From NCBI GenBank assembly GCA_964387825.1, contig CAYLWZ010000004.1, positions 1 through 56,731 of the forward strand: a DNA stretch of 56,731 bases. Reading direction: 5' to 3'. The DNA is from an uncultured Candidatus Saccharibacteria bacterium. Its GTDB lineage: Bacteria; Patescibacteriota; Minisyncoccia; Minisyncoccales; GWA2-38-27. The position numbers and the translations under genes are program-made. The notes beneath the pieces were generated by a model. The model was not told the DNA's origin and did not search any database. It worked only from the letters and a program-made list of their open reading frames with translations. This document shows, piece after piece, positions 46,864 to 56,731 of the stretch; the stretch's first letter is position 1; each line of letters opens with the position of its first letter.

Positions 46864-48234
46864 TTATCTGCTGACGGATTCAATAAAATTAACTAGTTCT
46901 TTTTTCTTTTCCTCTAAAAGTTTTTTGTTGTCGGCTTCAATTGTCAACCGTAATAATGGTTCTGTTTGAGAAGAACGGACGTTAAACCACCAATTATTAT
47001 ATTCTACGGTGATCCCGTCTAAAAAATCCTGCTTTCCCCCGATTACAGTCCCGCTTACAGCGGGAGAGAACTGTTCTCCGATTTTTTTTAATACGGTTTT
47101 TTTATTTTCAACCTTAAAGTTAATCTCCGGCGGTTTAAAGTAAGGAGATAATTCTTTCGCAAGCTCGGAAACATTTCTTTCTGTCTCGGAGATTATTTGT
47201 AATAAAATTAAAAAAGCGATAAAGCCGGAATCACAATAAAAATTATCCCTAAAACTGAAATGTCCTGATACTTCTCCGCCCATTATACCGTTATTTTCCA
47301 TCATTCCTTCTCTGATATTAACAAATCCAACCTTAGTCCTAACTGACCTGCCTCCCCATTTTTCAATAAACTCGGGCACGGCCCGGGAGCAAATTAAATT
47401 ATAAGCAATCCCTTTTCCGGGATTATTTTTTAAGAAGTATTTAGCCAAAATTAGAAGAGTAATATCTCCTCTCACAAGACTGCCTAATTCATCAATGAGA
47501 AAAATTCTATCAGCGTCACCGTCAAATATAAATCCAAAATCGGCGTTGTTTTTCCTCACAGTTTGGCTGATTTGGTCAGCCGCCCCCTCAATTAAAGGAT
47601 TTGAAGGATGAGCGGGAAAATTTCCATCCAGATTAAAATTTAAAGGAATAATCTCAACCGGTAATTTTTTTGCCACAAGAGGAATAACCTTTCCGGCCAT
47701 ACCGTTTCCAGTATCTACTACTATTTTAAACGGTTTTATCTTCTCTACAGCAACGAAAGAAAAAACATGCTTTAAATAGTCAGCCCAAATATCTATGTCT
47801 TTAATCTCTTTATTCTCTTTGGATTCTAAAAAATCAGCCGCCTCAATTATTTTAATCAGAGATTTCCCCCGAACCGCCTCAATTCTTCCGGCAACTTTTC
47901 TTACCATTTTAAAACCATTGTATTCTTTTGGATTATGGCTTGCCGTTATCATAATCCCGGTGTCATAATTATAACTTCCGACCGCAAAATATATACATTC
48001 AGTCGCCACCTGTCCTAAATTGTAAACATTTGCTCCTTGAGACATAATGCCATTGGCCAGCCATTTAAAAAGAACGGGAGAAGAAATTCTCATATCACGA
48101 CCAATAACCACTTTTTTTGCTTTTGTATGTTTAACAAAAGCGCGGCCAATTTGATAGACAACCTCTTTGTTTAAATCCGTTGGATAAATTCCTCTAATAT
48201 CGTAAGATTTAAAAATTGATGGATTAATAATCAT
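46864..48234 (-). CDS. Phosphomannomutase/phosphoglucomutase
   Basis: FKSYDIRG, ITASHNP, FDGDADR, GGEVSGH, NVRSSQTEP. Confidence 0.95.
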   Translation of the reverse strand: MIINPSIFKSYDIRGIYPTDLNKEVVYQIGRAFVKHTKAKKVVIGRDMRISSPVLFKWLANGIMSQGANVYNLGQVATECIYFAVGSYNYDTGIMITASHNPKEYNGFKMVRKVAGRIEAVRGKSLIKIIEAADFLESKENKEIKDIDIWADYLKHVFSFVAVEKIKPFKIVVDTGNGMAGKVIPLVAKKLPVEIIPLNFNLDGNFPAHPSNPLIEGAADQISQTVRKNNADFGFIFDGDADRIFLIDELGSLVRGDITLLILAKYFLKNNPGKGIAYNLICSRAVPEFIEKWGGRSVRTKVGFVNIREGMMENNGIMGGEVSGHFSFRDNFYCDSGFIAFLILLQIISETERNVSELAKELSPYFKPPEINFKVENKKTVLKKIGEQFSPAVSGTVIGGKQDFLDGITVEYNNWWFNVRSSQTEPLLRLTIEADNKKLLEEKKKELVNFIESVSR

Positions 48235-48280
48235 AAGTAAAAAATCTATTGATTTTTATTCAAATATATTATATCATAAA

Positions 48281-48342
48281 ATATCTAATATCCACTATCT
48301 AATATTCAATATCCAATAAATATCTAATATCTAATATCTAAT
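48281..48342. repeat. Degenerate (ATCTAAT)n heptamer array directly before rpsF
   Basis: Units ATCTAAT/ATCCAAT up to the ATG. Confidence 0.75.
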
Positions 48343-48343
48343 T

Positions 48344-48772
48344 ATGAATTATTATGAAATCACTTGCCTGACGGCGCCTTCTCTCTCCGGGGAAGAAATT
48401 CGGGAAATTTCCGAGAAAATAAAAAATTTCATCAAAGAAGAATCCGGCACTTTAGAAAAAACCGCTTTTCCCTCAGAAGACAATTCGGTTTCTTTTGCAA
48501 GGATAGCTAAAAGAACTCCTTTAATCGTTTTAAGTTTTTTCTTGGAACCGAAAAATATAGAAAATATAGAAAAGAAAATTAAATCTGAAAATCAAATTCT
48601 TCGCCATATGCTTTTAAGTAAGAAAATTTATAAAGAAAATCCGGCAAGAAAAAATTTACTCAAAAAAACCGGAGACAAGCGCGAACGCGCCGCCTCCCCG
48701 GGAAAAAACAAAAAGGTTGAATTAGAAGAAATTGATAAAAAAATAGAAGAAATTTTAAAAATTAACGAATAA
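48344..48772 (+). CDS. rpsF: 30S ribosomal protein S6
   Basis: YE...L..P.LS, ILRHML; rpsF-ssb-rpsR order. Confidence 0.88.
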   Translation: MNYYEITCLTAPSLSGEEIREISEKIKNFIKEESGTLEKTAFPSEDNSVSFARIAKRTPLIVLSFFLEPKNIENIEKKIKSENQILRHMLLSKKIYKENPARKNLLKKTGDKRERAASPGKNKKVELEEIDKKIEEILKINE

Positions 48773-48830
48773 CGAATCTTATACGAATAAACGAATTTGA
48801 TTATTCGCAAATTCGTAACGAATTCGTTAT
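48764..48830. repeat. (AACGAAT)n/(ATTCGT)n two-armed heptamer repeat between rpsF and ssb
   Basis: AACGAATAACGAAT...ATTCGTAACGAATTCGTTAT. Confidence 0.65.
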
Positions 48831-48833
48831 TAG

Positions 48834-49367
<534 letters not shown>

Positions 49368-49387
49368 AATTTCTAATTTCTAATTTC

Positions 49388-49439
49388 CCCGCCCGCAACG
49401 CTTCGCAAACGAGCTTGCTCGCGTAGCGATGCGGGCGGG
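49388..49439. repeat. GC-rich branched palindromic element (family A), embedded in a (TTTCTAA)n run
   Basis: CCCGCCCGCAACGCTTCGCAAACGAGCTTGCTCGCGTAGCGATGCGGGCGGG. Confidence 0.92.
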
Positions 49440-49452
49440 TAATTTCTAAACT

Positions 49453-49650
49453 ATGGACTGTTATTTTTGCCAGAGGAACATAAAAGAAATTGATTTCAAA
49501 AACATAACGACTCTCCAAAGGTTTATTTCTGGTCTGGCTAAAATCAAACCCAGAAAGAAAACCGGGCTTTGCGCCAAACACCAAAGACAACTGGCAAAAG
49601 CGATTAAAAGAGCCCGGCATTTTGGTTTGCTTCCTTATACAACAAAGTAG
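49453..49650 (+). CDS. rpsR: 30S ribosomal protein S18 (zinc-binding type)
   Basis: CYFC, IDFKN...L.RFIS..AKI, TG.CAKHQR.LA.AIKRAR..GLLPY. Confidence 0.95.
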   Translation: MDCYFCQRNIKEIDFKNITTLQRFISGLAKIKPRKKTGLCAKHQRQLAKAIKRARHFGLLPYTTK

Positions 49651-49768
49651 ATGATAGATATTGGATATTAGATCTTAGTCTAAAAAACAAAAAAAACAGC
49701 TTAAAGCTGTTTTTTTATCATCTAATATCTAATATCTAATATCTAATATCTAATATCTAATATCTAAT
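49648..49768. repeat. TTAGATA-type left arm / (ATCTAAT)x7 right arm enclosing a bidirectional terminator
   Basis: Seven perfect units at 49720-49768; AAAAAAAACAGC-TTAAA-GCTGTTTTTTT hairpin in the middle, between convergent rpsR and recA. Confidence 0.85.
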
Positions 49769-50811
49769 TAGGACTGTTCAAGAATAGTTTTTTCAATCTT
49801 TTTCGTTACCTCGGGATTCTCTCCCAAAAATTTTTTAGCGCCCTCCATTCCTTGTCCTAATCTCGTATTTTCGTATTGAAACCAGCTTCCTGATTTTTTG
49901 ACAATCCCTTCTTTTAATCCGGCATTCAAAATGTCGGCCAGATAAGAAATCCCCTCATTATAATAAATATCAAATTCAGTAACTTTAAAAGGAGCGGCTA
50001 CTTTATTTTTAACTATTTTAGCCTTAATCCGGCTACCGATAATTTCATCGCCGTGTTTTATCTGAGCAATTCTTCTCAAGTTAATTCTCACCGAAGCGTA
50101 AAATTTTAAAGCCAAGCCGCCGGAAGTCACTTCGGGATTGCCAAAAATAACTCCGATTTTCATTCTGGTCTGGTTCAAAAATATCACAGCCGTTTTGGTT
50201 TTAGCGATAACCCCGGACAATTTTCTCAAAGCTGAAGACATCAACCTTGCCTGAAGTCCTATCCGAAAATCACCCATATCTCCGGTAATTTCCGCTTTTG
50301 GAGCCAAGGCGGCCACTGAATCAACCACTACAACATCAACATCTCCTGAATGCACCAACGTTTCTACGATTTGCAGCGCCTCTTCTCCTGAATCCGGTTG
50401 AGAGATTAAAAGGTCGTTAACATTAACCCCTATTCTTTTTGCGTAATCCGGGTCCAAAGCATGCTCAACGTCAATAAAAGCGGCTACGCCATTTTGTTTT
50501 TGGGCTTCGGCGCAAATATGCAGAGCCAAAGTGCTTTTTCCCGTGGATTCCGGGCCATAAATTTCAACCACTCGTCCGCGAGGAATTCCGCCCACTCCTA
50601 AAATTTTATCCAAAGAAATAGAGCCGGTTGGAATGACATCAACATCAACAGCGCCGATTTCGTCAAGTTTCATAATCGCCCCCTCTCCAAAACGCTGTTT
50701 AATTTCATCTATCGCTTCAGCTAAATCTTTTTTCTCCCCGCCTGCATCGCTATGCGAAGCATTGCGGGCAGGCCCGCCTGCTGGCGAATTTTTATCTTTT
50801 TTCTTAGCCAT
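49768..50811 (-). CDS. recA: Recombinase A
   Basis: [46 protein letters not shown]. Confidence 0.98.
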   Translation of the reverse strand: MAKKKDKNSPAGGPARNASHSDAGGEKKDLAEAIDEIKQRFGEGAIMKLDEIGAVDVDVIPTGSISLDKILGVGGIPRGRVVEIYGPESTGKSTLALHICAEAQKQNGVAAFIDVEHALDPDYAKRIGVNVNDLLISQPDSGEEALQIVETLVHSGDVDVVVVDSVAALAPKAEITGDMGDFRIGLQARLMSSALRKLSGVIAKTKTAVIFLNQTRMKIGVIFGNPEVTSGGLALKFYASVRINLRRIAQIKHGDEIIGSRIKAKIVKNKVAAPFKVTEFDIYYNEGISYLADILNAGLKEGIVKKSGSWFQYENTRLGQGMEGAKKFLGENPEVTKKIEKTILEQS

Positions 50812-50903
50812 AACCTCATTTTAACATTATTGAGTAAATTTGATAGGGCGGGCGACCCACGGGTCGCCCCTAAGATTTTTCCATAACAATGTAACAATAT
50901 TTT

Positions 50904-53141
50904 TTATACCTTCTGCCAGCCATCGTTATTTTTTTCTTGGTTTTCTGGACGGTCTTCTTTGTTTTCAATATTCCCATACACTTCTCTCGGTTTCGCTCCG
51001 TCAGCTGGTCCAACCACGCCTTTTTCTTCCAGCATATCAATCAACCGAGCCGCCCGGGCATAGCCAATCCGCAATCTCCGCTGCAACAAAGAAGCAGAGG
51101 CCTTTTTTGATTCAACGACCAATTGTTTTGCTTCTTCGTAGAGAGAATCTTCCCCGTTAAAAAAACTTGTTGACCTTTCTTCTAAATTTCCCATGCTTCT
51201 TTCTAATTCCTGAGTTAATTCGTCATCCATTTTTATTACCTCGCCAGACTCCTCGCTCCTTGAAACAATATATCTAATTACCCCTTTAACCTCTTTATCG
51301 GAAATATAAGAGCCCTGAATTCTTTTTGGCTTTGGCGTTTGAGCCGAGATATAAAGCATATCTCCTGAACCAAGAAGTTTTTCCGCTCCTGCTGCGTCCA
51401 AAACCGTTCTTGAGTCAATTTGAGACGCAACCTGAAAAGTAACCCGCGAAGTTATATTTGCTTTAATCAAACCGGTAATAACTTCTACCGAGGGCCGTTG
51501 AGTAGCCACCACTAAATGAATGCCTACTGCCCTGGACATCTGGGCTAATCTAACAATCCCTGCCTCAACCTCTCTCCCTTTAGCGGCCATTAAATCGGCT
51601 AATTCGTCAATAATAACTATTATAAAAGGCAAAGGCTCTGCCCTGCTCTTCAAAGCCATTTCGTTATAGCTTTTAATATCTCTAGCTCGAACTTCAGACA
51701 AAACATCAAACCTCCTTTCCATCTCTCCGGTAAGCCATTTCAAAGCACCTATTGTTTTAACGGCATCGTAAATCACCGGACATAAAAGATGAGGAAGATT
51801 ATTATAAACAGGAAACTCAACCCTTTTCGGGTCCACTAAAACAAGCCGCAAACTTTCCGGACCAGCGCTTTTGGTAAATGTGCTGGGCTGATAAAGAAGA
51901 CTTAAAATCAAAGAATTAAGAAAAATCGTCTTGCCAGAACCCGTGCTTCCGGCCACTAAAAGGTGAGGCATCTTAGTTAAATCGGTATAAACAGGAACGC
52001 CGGAAACGTCCCTGCCTAAAACAATCAGGAGACCCGACAAAGATTTTTGAAAATTAGAATTTTCAATCAAATTTCTTAAGCGAACGCTGGCTCTAACTTT
52101 ATTAGGAATTTCAATTCCGACCAAAGACCTCCCGGGAACAGGGGCTTCTATTCTGATTGGATGGCTGGCCAGGGCGAGAGATAAATTACTGGAAAGATTG
52201 GTTATTTTAGACAATTTTATTCCTTCAGCCGGCTTTAAGGTATATTGAGTAACGGTCGGACCGATGTTCACTTCTGACATCGCCACATCAATGCCAAAAT
52301 CATGAAGAGTTTTTTTAATAACGGCTGAATTCATTTTGGTATTTCCGCTGGTAGGAACTTCTCTTTCCGGCTCTAAAAGTTTAAACGGAGGATGCTGGTA
52401 AGAGAAAAGCTTGGTTCCGTTTATCGGTTTAGTTTCTAATTTTAAAGGAACTGCATCACCCGCTTCGCGAGTACCCGCTTCCGGCAATATATCTTCTTTT
52501 TCAAGAAGAGTTTTTGCTTTAAATTTAGGCCTGAAAATTCTTTTAATAATAGAAGGCCTATTTAAAACGGGCTCTTTAATTTCTTCTTCTTCGCCGCGTT
52601 CCTCTTCTGATTTCTTCCCAGAGGGGGCTAAAAACTGCCAAAGAATCAAAGAACCGATAACAAGCAGGGATAAAAATGTAATTCGCGCCGCCAAAGAACC
52701 AAAATATTTTAAAAGAGGCAAGCATAAGGCATAACCAAGCCATCCCCCTCTTTTTATTTGAGGACTGAAAGTTCCCAAGATTCCGCTAATTCCGGAAATT
52801 AAAATTAAAATTCCTAAAATTATCGGCCAGAAAACTTCTTTCCTGCCTCCAAAAAAAATTCTCTCCCCTTTAATTTTTAAAAAAGCTAATCCCCCCAAGA
52901 AAAGGACCAAAGGAATTGTAAAAACCGACTCTCCAATTAAAAAACGGGCGCTATTTATAAAAAATTCGCCCGCTCTTCCCGCTTTTTCAAAAAAACTCAA
53001 GGCAATAAGAATTGCCGATAAAATCATTAGAACGCCTAATATTATCTGCTTAGTTTCCCCGGGTAAAGCAAAACGCCCTGGCTTTCCTTCCCGATAAGAA
53101 CGGGACCTATCTTTAAATTTTCGCTTTTTCTTTTTAGACAT
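50904..53141 (-). CDS. ftsK: FtsK/SpoIIIE DNA translocase
   Basis: N-terminal 4-TM region, GPTVTQY, PHLLVAGSTGSGKT, IIDELADLM, ATQRPSV, gamma domain QRRLRIGYARAARLID. Confidence 0.96.
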   Translation of the reverse strand: MSKKKKRKFKDRSRSYREGKPGRFALPGETKQIILGVLMILSAILIALSFFEKAGRAGEFFINSARFLIGESVFTIPLVLFLGGLAFLKIKGERIFFGGRKEVFWPIILGILILISGISGILGTFSPQIKRGGWLGYALCLPLLKYFGSLAARITFLSLLVIGSLILWQFLAPSGKKSEEERGEEEEIKEPVLNRPSIIKRIFRPKFKAKTLLEKEDILPEAGTREAGDAVPLKLETKPINGTKLFSYQHPPFKLLEPEREVPTSGNTKMNSAVIKKTLHDFGIDVAMSEVNIGPTVTQYTLKPAEGIKLSKITNLSSNLSLALASHPIRIEAPVPGRSLVGIEIPNKVRASVRLRNLIENSNFQKSLSGLLIVLGRDVSGVPVYTDLTKMPHLLVAGSTGSGKTIFLNSLILSLLYQPSTFTKSAGPESLRLVLVDPKRVEFPVYNNLPHLLCPVIYDAVKTIGALKWLTGEMERRFDVLSEVRARDIKSYNEMALKSRAEPLPFIIVIIDELADLMAAKGREVEAGIVRLAQMSRAVGIHLVVATQRPSVEVITGLIKANITSRVTFQVASQIDSRTVLDAAGAEKLLGSGDMLYISAQTPKPKRIQGSYISDKEVKGVIRYIVSRSEESGEVIKMDDELTQELERSMGNLEERSTSFFNGEDSLYEEAKQLVVESKKASASLLQRRLRIGYARAARLIDMLEEKGVVGPADGAKPREVYGNIENKEDRPENQEKNNDGWQKV

Positions 53142-53147
53142 ACCTCT

Positions 53148-53176
53148 ATTATAAAAAAGATATCCAAAACATTCAA
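53148..53176 (-). promoter_or_regulatory. Sigma70 promoter 6 nt before ftsK ATG; likely leaderless transcript
   Basis: TTGAAT-17 nt-TATAAT-6 nt-ATG. Confidence 0.6.
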
Positions 53177-53214
53177 GATATAAAAAAAGAATCACGCCCT
53201 GGAGAACGTGATTC

Positions 53215-53352
53215 AATTTTGAATTTTGAATTTCTAATCAATTTAGAATGATAGAATTTTGAATGAATTAATAAACGGAATAAATCTGTTTCAAAATTGA
53301 GTTATTAGATTATTCAAAATTTATTCAAAATTCAAAATTCAAAATTCAAAAT
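53215..53352. repeat. Two-armed (TTTTGAA)n/(TTCAAAA)n element; copy of 43698-43849
   Basis: Shared arms, different centre. Confidence 0.85.
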
Positions 53353-56300
53353 TATTTTCTAAACCCTGTTCCCGCCGGTATTAACTTTCCAATAATAACG
53401 TTCTCTTTTAGTCCTCTTAATTTGTCTTCCTTGCCTTCAAGGCAGGTTTTAATCAAGACCCGAGAAGTTTCTTGAAAAGAAGCAGACGATAAAAATGAAT
53501 CTGTTGTAAGGGCAACCCGCGATATGCCCAATAAAATAATAGCGGCTTTTGCCGGATTTTTTTTCTCCTTCTTCAACTTCTCGTTTTCTTCAAGAAACCT
53601 TGCCTTCTCAATAACCTCTCCGATTATAAAAGGGCTATCTCCCGGTTCCTTTATTTTAACCCGCGAAAACATCTGACGAATTATTGTCTCAATATGCTTA
53701 TCGTGAATAAAGGCGCCCTGGGAAACATAAATTTTTTGAATCTCATTTAAAATATATTTTTGCGTTTCTTCTCTACGCCCTGTTTTAAAAATTTCTTTTA
53801 GGTCCAAACTCCCTTCGCAAAGCTGTTCTCCTTTTTTAACATCCTGCCCTTTTTTCACTAAAATTGCCGACTTGGAAGATATTTTATATTCAATAATGTC
53901 TCTTTTCTTCTTTGTTTTGGATTTTGACGCTTTGTTGTAAGCGTTTTCCCAGGATTGAGAATCTAAAATTTTCGGCTCTATTGTAATTATCCTTTCCTTT
54001 ACCGTTCCGTTTGATAGTCTCGTTTCTATAATGTCTAAAACTTTTCCTTCAACAAAAGAAATTTCTGCTTTCCCGCCAGGCGTTCTCGCCTCAAAAACTT
54101 CCTGCACCCTCGGAAGGCCGAGAGTAATATCTCCTCCGCCCACTACTCCGCCAGTATGAAAGGTTCTTAACGTAAGCTGGGTGCCCGGCTCGCCGATTGC
54201 CTGAGCAGCAACAATTCCCACCGCTTCTCCCAACTTAACTAATCTGTCATGGCCAAGGTCCCAGCCGTAACATTTTCGGCAAACACCTCGAACAGATTTA
54301 CAGGAGAGAGGAGACCTGGCGACAATCCTGTCAACCTCCTCTGCTTTTATCTTTCGCGCCACCGCCCAATCAATTATTTCGCCCTTTTTGACAATCACCT
54401 TATTTTTTGTTTTTTTTGATTTGACGTCCTCCAATACTATCCTGCCAATGGTCTTATAAATAAACTTTTGGCCTAATTCATCAGCGTCCTTTTTTAATAA
54501 CTCAACTCCTTTTTGGTCTCCGCAATCCTCTTCCGACACCACTACGTCATGAGCGACGTCAACAAGACGCCTGGTTAAATAACCAGCCGTTGAAGTGCGA
54601 AGAGCAGTATCCGCCGTTCCTTTCCGCGCCCCGTGAGTAGAAATAAAATATTCCAAGACATCAAACCCTTCTTTAAAAGAATGCTTTACCGGCATCTCAA
54701 TAATCTGGCCGGACGGATTGATAACCAGCCCTTTCATTCCGGTCATTTGGATTGGCTGGGTCCAAGAACCTCTGGCGCCGGAATCAATCATTGAAAATAC
54801 CGATCCCGTATCAGACAAAGTTTTCGGAACAAGTTTTTCTAATTTTGTCTTCGCTCTTGTCCAAACCTCAACCACCTTACTGCTTTTTTCCTCTTTAGAA
54901 AGAAGTCCTTTCTTGAGATAACTATTAATAGAATCAATTTCTCGCTCGGCGTTCTTCATAATTTCTTTTTTTTCTGGAGGAACTATCAAATCATCCATAC
55001 CCCAGGTTATGCCGGAAATGGTAGCCGATTCAAAACCTAAATCCTTAATTCTGTCCAATGTCTCTTCCGCTTCTTTCTGGCTATATTTATTAATAAACAA
55101 ACTAACTATCTTTTTTATTTTTTTCCCGTTAACCGTCTCGTTAAAAAATGGATAGCCGAGAGGTAAGGTTTCGTTAAACAAAATTCTTCCAACCGATGTT
55201 TCTATCACGCTTTGCATTCGCACCCGGATGCGGGCTCTCAAATTTATAAAACCGGATTCGTAGGCTAAAATCGCTTCTTCGGGACCGGAAAATACTCTTT
55301 TCCCGTTAATGTCCTGGCCAATAATTCTAGTTAGCCAATAACAACCAAGAACAATATCTTGAGTCGGGACGATAACCGGAGTGCCGCTCGCCGGTTTTAA
55401 TAAATTAAGAGAAGAGAGCATAAGTGTTTTTGCCTCTTCTTGCGCTTTCTCACTCAAAGGAAGATGGACTGCCATTTGGTCGCCGTCAAAATCGGCGTTG
55501 AACGCCTTACAAACCATCGGGTGTAAATGAATTGATTCCCCTTCCACTAAAAGCGGCTGAAAGGCCTGGATTCCCAAACGGTGAAGAGTCGGAGCCCTGT
55601 TTAAAAGAACAGCTTTATCTTTCACCACTTCTTCTAAAATCGCCCAAACATCGTCTGTCTGCCGCTCTATCAGCCTGCCAGCTCCTCGAACATTATAGGA
55701 AAGCTCTTTTTCTAAAATCTTTCTAATAACAAAAGGTTTAAATAATTCCAAAGCCATTTTTTTGGGAAGCCCACATTGGTGAAGCTTCAGTTTCGGCCCT
55801 ACGACAATTACCGACCTCCCTGAATAATCAACTCTCTTTCCTAAAAGATTTTGGCGAAATCTGCCTCGTTTTCCTTTAATAATATCGGCTAAAGATTTTA
55901 AGAGCCTCCTCCCGCCGGTAGTAGCAGTCGTTAAAATTCCTTTCCTCATACTGTTGTCAATTAAAGCGTCCACTGCCTCTTGAAGCATTCTTTTTTCATT
56001 TCTGACAATAACTTCCGGCGCCGCGATTTCCAGCAGATATTTCAGACGATTATTCCTATTAATTACTCTCCGATAAAGGTCGTTTAAATCAGAAGAAGCG
56101 TAACGGCCGCCGTCTAATTGAACCATCGGCCTTAAATCAGGAGGCAGAATCGGCAGGACTGTTAAAAACATCCATTCGGGCTTAATTCCAACGGCAAGCA
56201 TACCTTCTAACAACCTTAACCGCCTTAAAAGCTTCCGCCGAGTCATCGCTGTTTCTTTTTCCGCTTTTTTCTTTAGCGCCTTGATTTCTTTTTTTAAATC

Positions 56301-56731
56301 AAGTTGCTCAAAAATTTTCCTTAAAATTTCGGAACCGGTTCCCGCTTCAAAAGTTTCTCCATATTTTAAAGAATAATTATAATATTCCACTTCGGAGAGA
56401 ACCGCCAAGGGTTTAATTTTTAAAACATCTTCCTTTGCCCCGTCCCTTGCCTTTTTCAATTCGTCTAAACATGTTTTGAGCTTCTTTTTATCTTTAATTC
56501 CTGCCCGCAATGCTTTGCTATGCGAGGCAGGCGGGTTTAATCTTAAATCTTTAATCTTTATGTTATATTCTTTTTCAATCTCATCTCCAACTTTTTTCCT
56601 TGCGTCTTCGTCCACGGAAGTCACAATATAAGCGGCGAAATAAATAACTTTTTCCAACTGCTGCATGGGAATATCCAAAACCATTCCTATTCTTGAAGGA
56701 AGCCCTCGCAAAAACCAGATATGAGAAACAG
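53352..56731 (-). CDS. rpoC: RNA polymerase beta' subunit (5' end outside window)
   Basis: PVSHIWFLRG at the window edge, LLGKRVDYSGRSVI, NADFDGDQMAVH, AAQAIGEPGTQLT, GLKENVIIG. Confidence 0.99.
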   Translation of the reverse strand, partial: VSHIWFLRGLPSRIGMVLDIPMQQLEKVIYFAAYIVTSVDEDARKKVGDEIEKEYNIKIKDLRLNPPASHSKALRAGIKDKKKLKTCLDELKKARDGAKEDVLKIKPLAVLSEVEYYNYSLKYGETFEAGTGSEILRKIFEQLDLKKEIKALKKKAEKETAMTRRKLLRRLRLLEGMLAVGIKPEWMFLTVLPILPPDLRPMVQLDGGRYASSDLNDLYRRVINRNNRLKYLLEIAAPEVIVRNEKRMLQEAVDALIDNSMRKGILTTATTGGRRLLKSLADIIKGKRGRFRQNLLGKRVDYSGRSVIVVGPKLKLHQCGLPKKMALELFKPFVIRKILEKELSYNVRGAGRLIERQTDDVWAILEEVVKDKAVLLNRAPTLHRLGIQAFQPLLVEGESIHLHPMVCKAFNADFDGDQMAVHLPLSEKAQEEAKTLMLSSLNLLKPASGTPVIVPTQDIVLGCYWLTRIIGQDINGKRVFSGPEEAILAYESGFINLRARIRVRMQSVIETSVGRILFNETLPLGYPFFNETVNGKKIKKIVSLFINKYSQKEAEETLDRIKDLGFESATISGITWGMDDLIVPPEKKEIMKNAEREIDSINSYLKKGLLSKEEKSSKVVEVWTRAKTKLEKLVPKTLSDTGSVFSMIDSGARGSWTQPIQMTGMKGLVINPSGQIIEMPVKHSFKEGFDVLEYFISTHGARKGTADTALRTSTAGYLTRRLVDVAHDVVVSEEDCGDQKGVELLKKDADELGQKFIYKTIGRIVLEDVKSKKTKNKVIVKKGEIIDWAVARKIKAEEVDRIVARSPLSCKSVRGVCRKCYGWDLGHDRLVKLGEAVGIVAAQAIGEPGTQLTLRTFHTGGVVGGGDITLGLPRVQEVFEARTPGGKAEISFVEGKVLDIIETRLSNGTVKERIITIEPKILDSQSWENAYNKASKSKTKKKRDIIEYKISSKSAILVKKGQDVKKGEQLCEGSLDLKEIFKTGRREETQKYILNEIQKIYVSQGAFIHDKHIETIIRQMFSRVKIKEPGDSPFIIGEVIEKARFLEENEKLKKEKKNPAKAAIILLGISRVALTTDSFLSSASFQETSRVLIKTCLEGKEDKLRGLKENVIIGKLIPAGTGFRK

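Noticed and set aside
52458-52481. Weak hairpin or direct repeat in the FtsK linker (EAGTREAG)
   Set aside because: Short, mismatched and in a poorly conserved linker; cannot be told apart from chance.
56711-56731. rpoC starting at TTG 56711
   Set aside because: The frame continues (PVSHIWF) to the window edge; the true start is outside the window.

Overview
AT-rich bacterial chromosomal segment using the standard code (TGA acts as a stop, e.g. metG). Gene content and style suggest a Patescibacteria (CPR, Parcubacteria-like) genome; this is inference. Most of the window is housekeeping: six aminoacyl-tRNA synthetases (leuS, metG, glyQS, ileS, argS, trpS), glyA, folD, smpB plus tmRNA, infC-rpmI-rplT, groES-groEL, greA, secG, rnj, rpsF-ssb-rpsR, recA, recO, ftsK, polX, most of rpoC, and two tRNA-Leu genes (one cut by the window edge). 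The unusual layer is non-genic. (1) A 30-bp palindrome core (TCTAATAATGTCCGATCGGACATTATTAGA) occurs four times, with outer arms that differ between copies yet stay complementary; two copies bracket a PaaX-like gene with a Cas2-like domain. (2) Several families of short GC-rich hairpin elements sit both between genes and in frame inside core genes (recA, rpoC, argS, tatD, ftsK, PMM, GPI, NUDIX, M16 peptidase, histidine phosphatase) and inside a pseudoknot loop of tmRNA. (3) A set of 7-bp-periodic repeats of different sequences, some forming dispersed two-armed elements, also enters coding sequence. (4) A 190-nt unidentified branched hairpin lies between glyA and folD. There are also small acquired patches: a UbiA-family gene next to tRNA-Leu, an ORFan flanked by IS30 and IS481/IS3-like remnants, and a cytidine deaminase. 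No CRISPR array or intact transposase was found. All family assignments come from motif recognition, not database searches.
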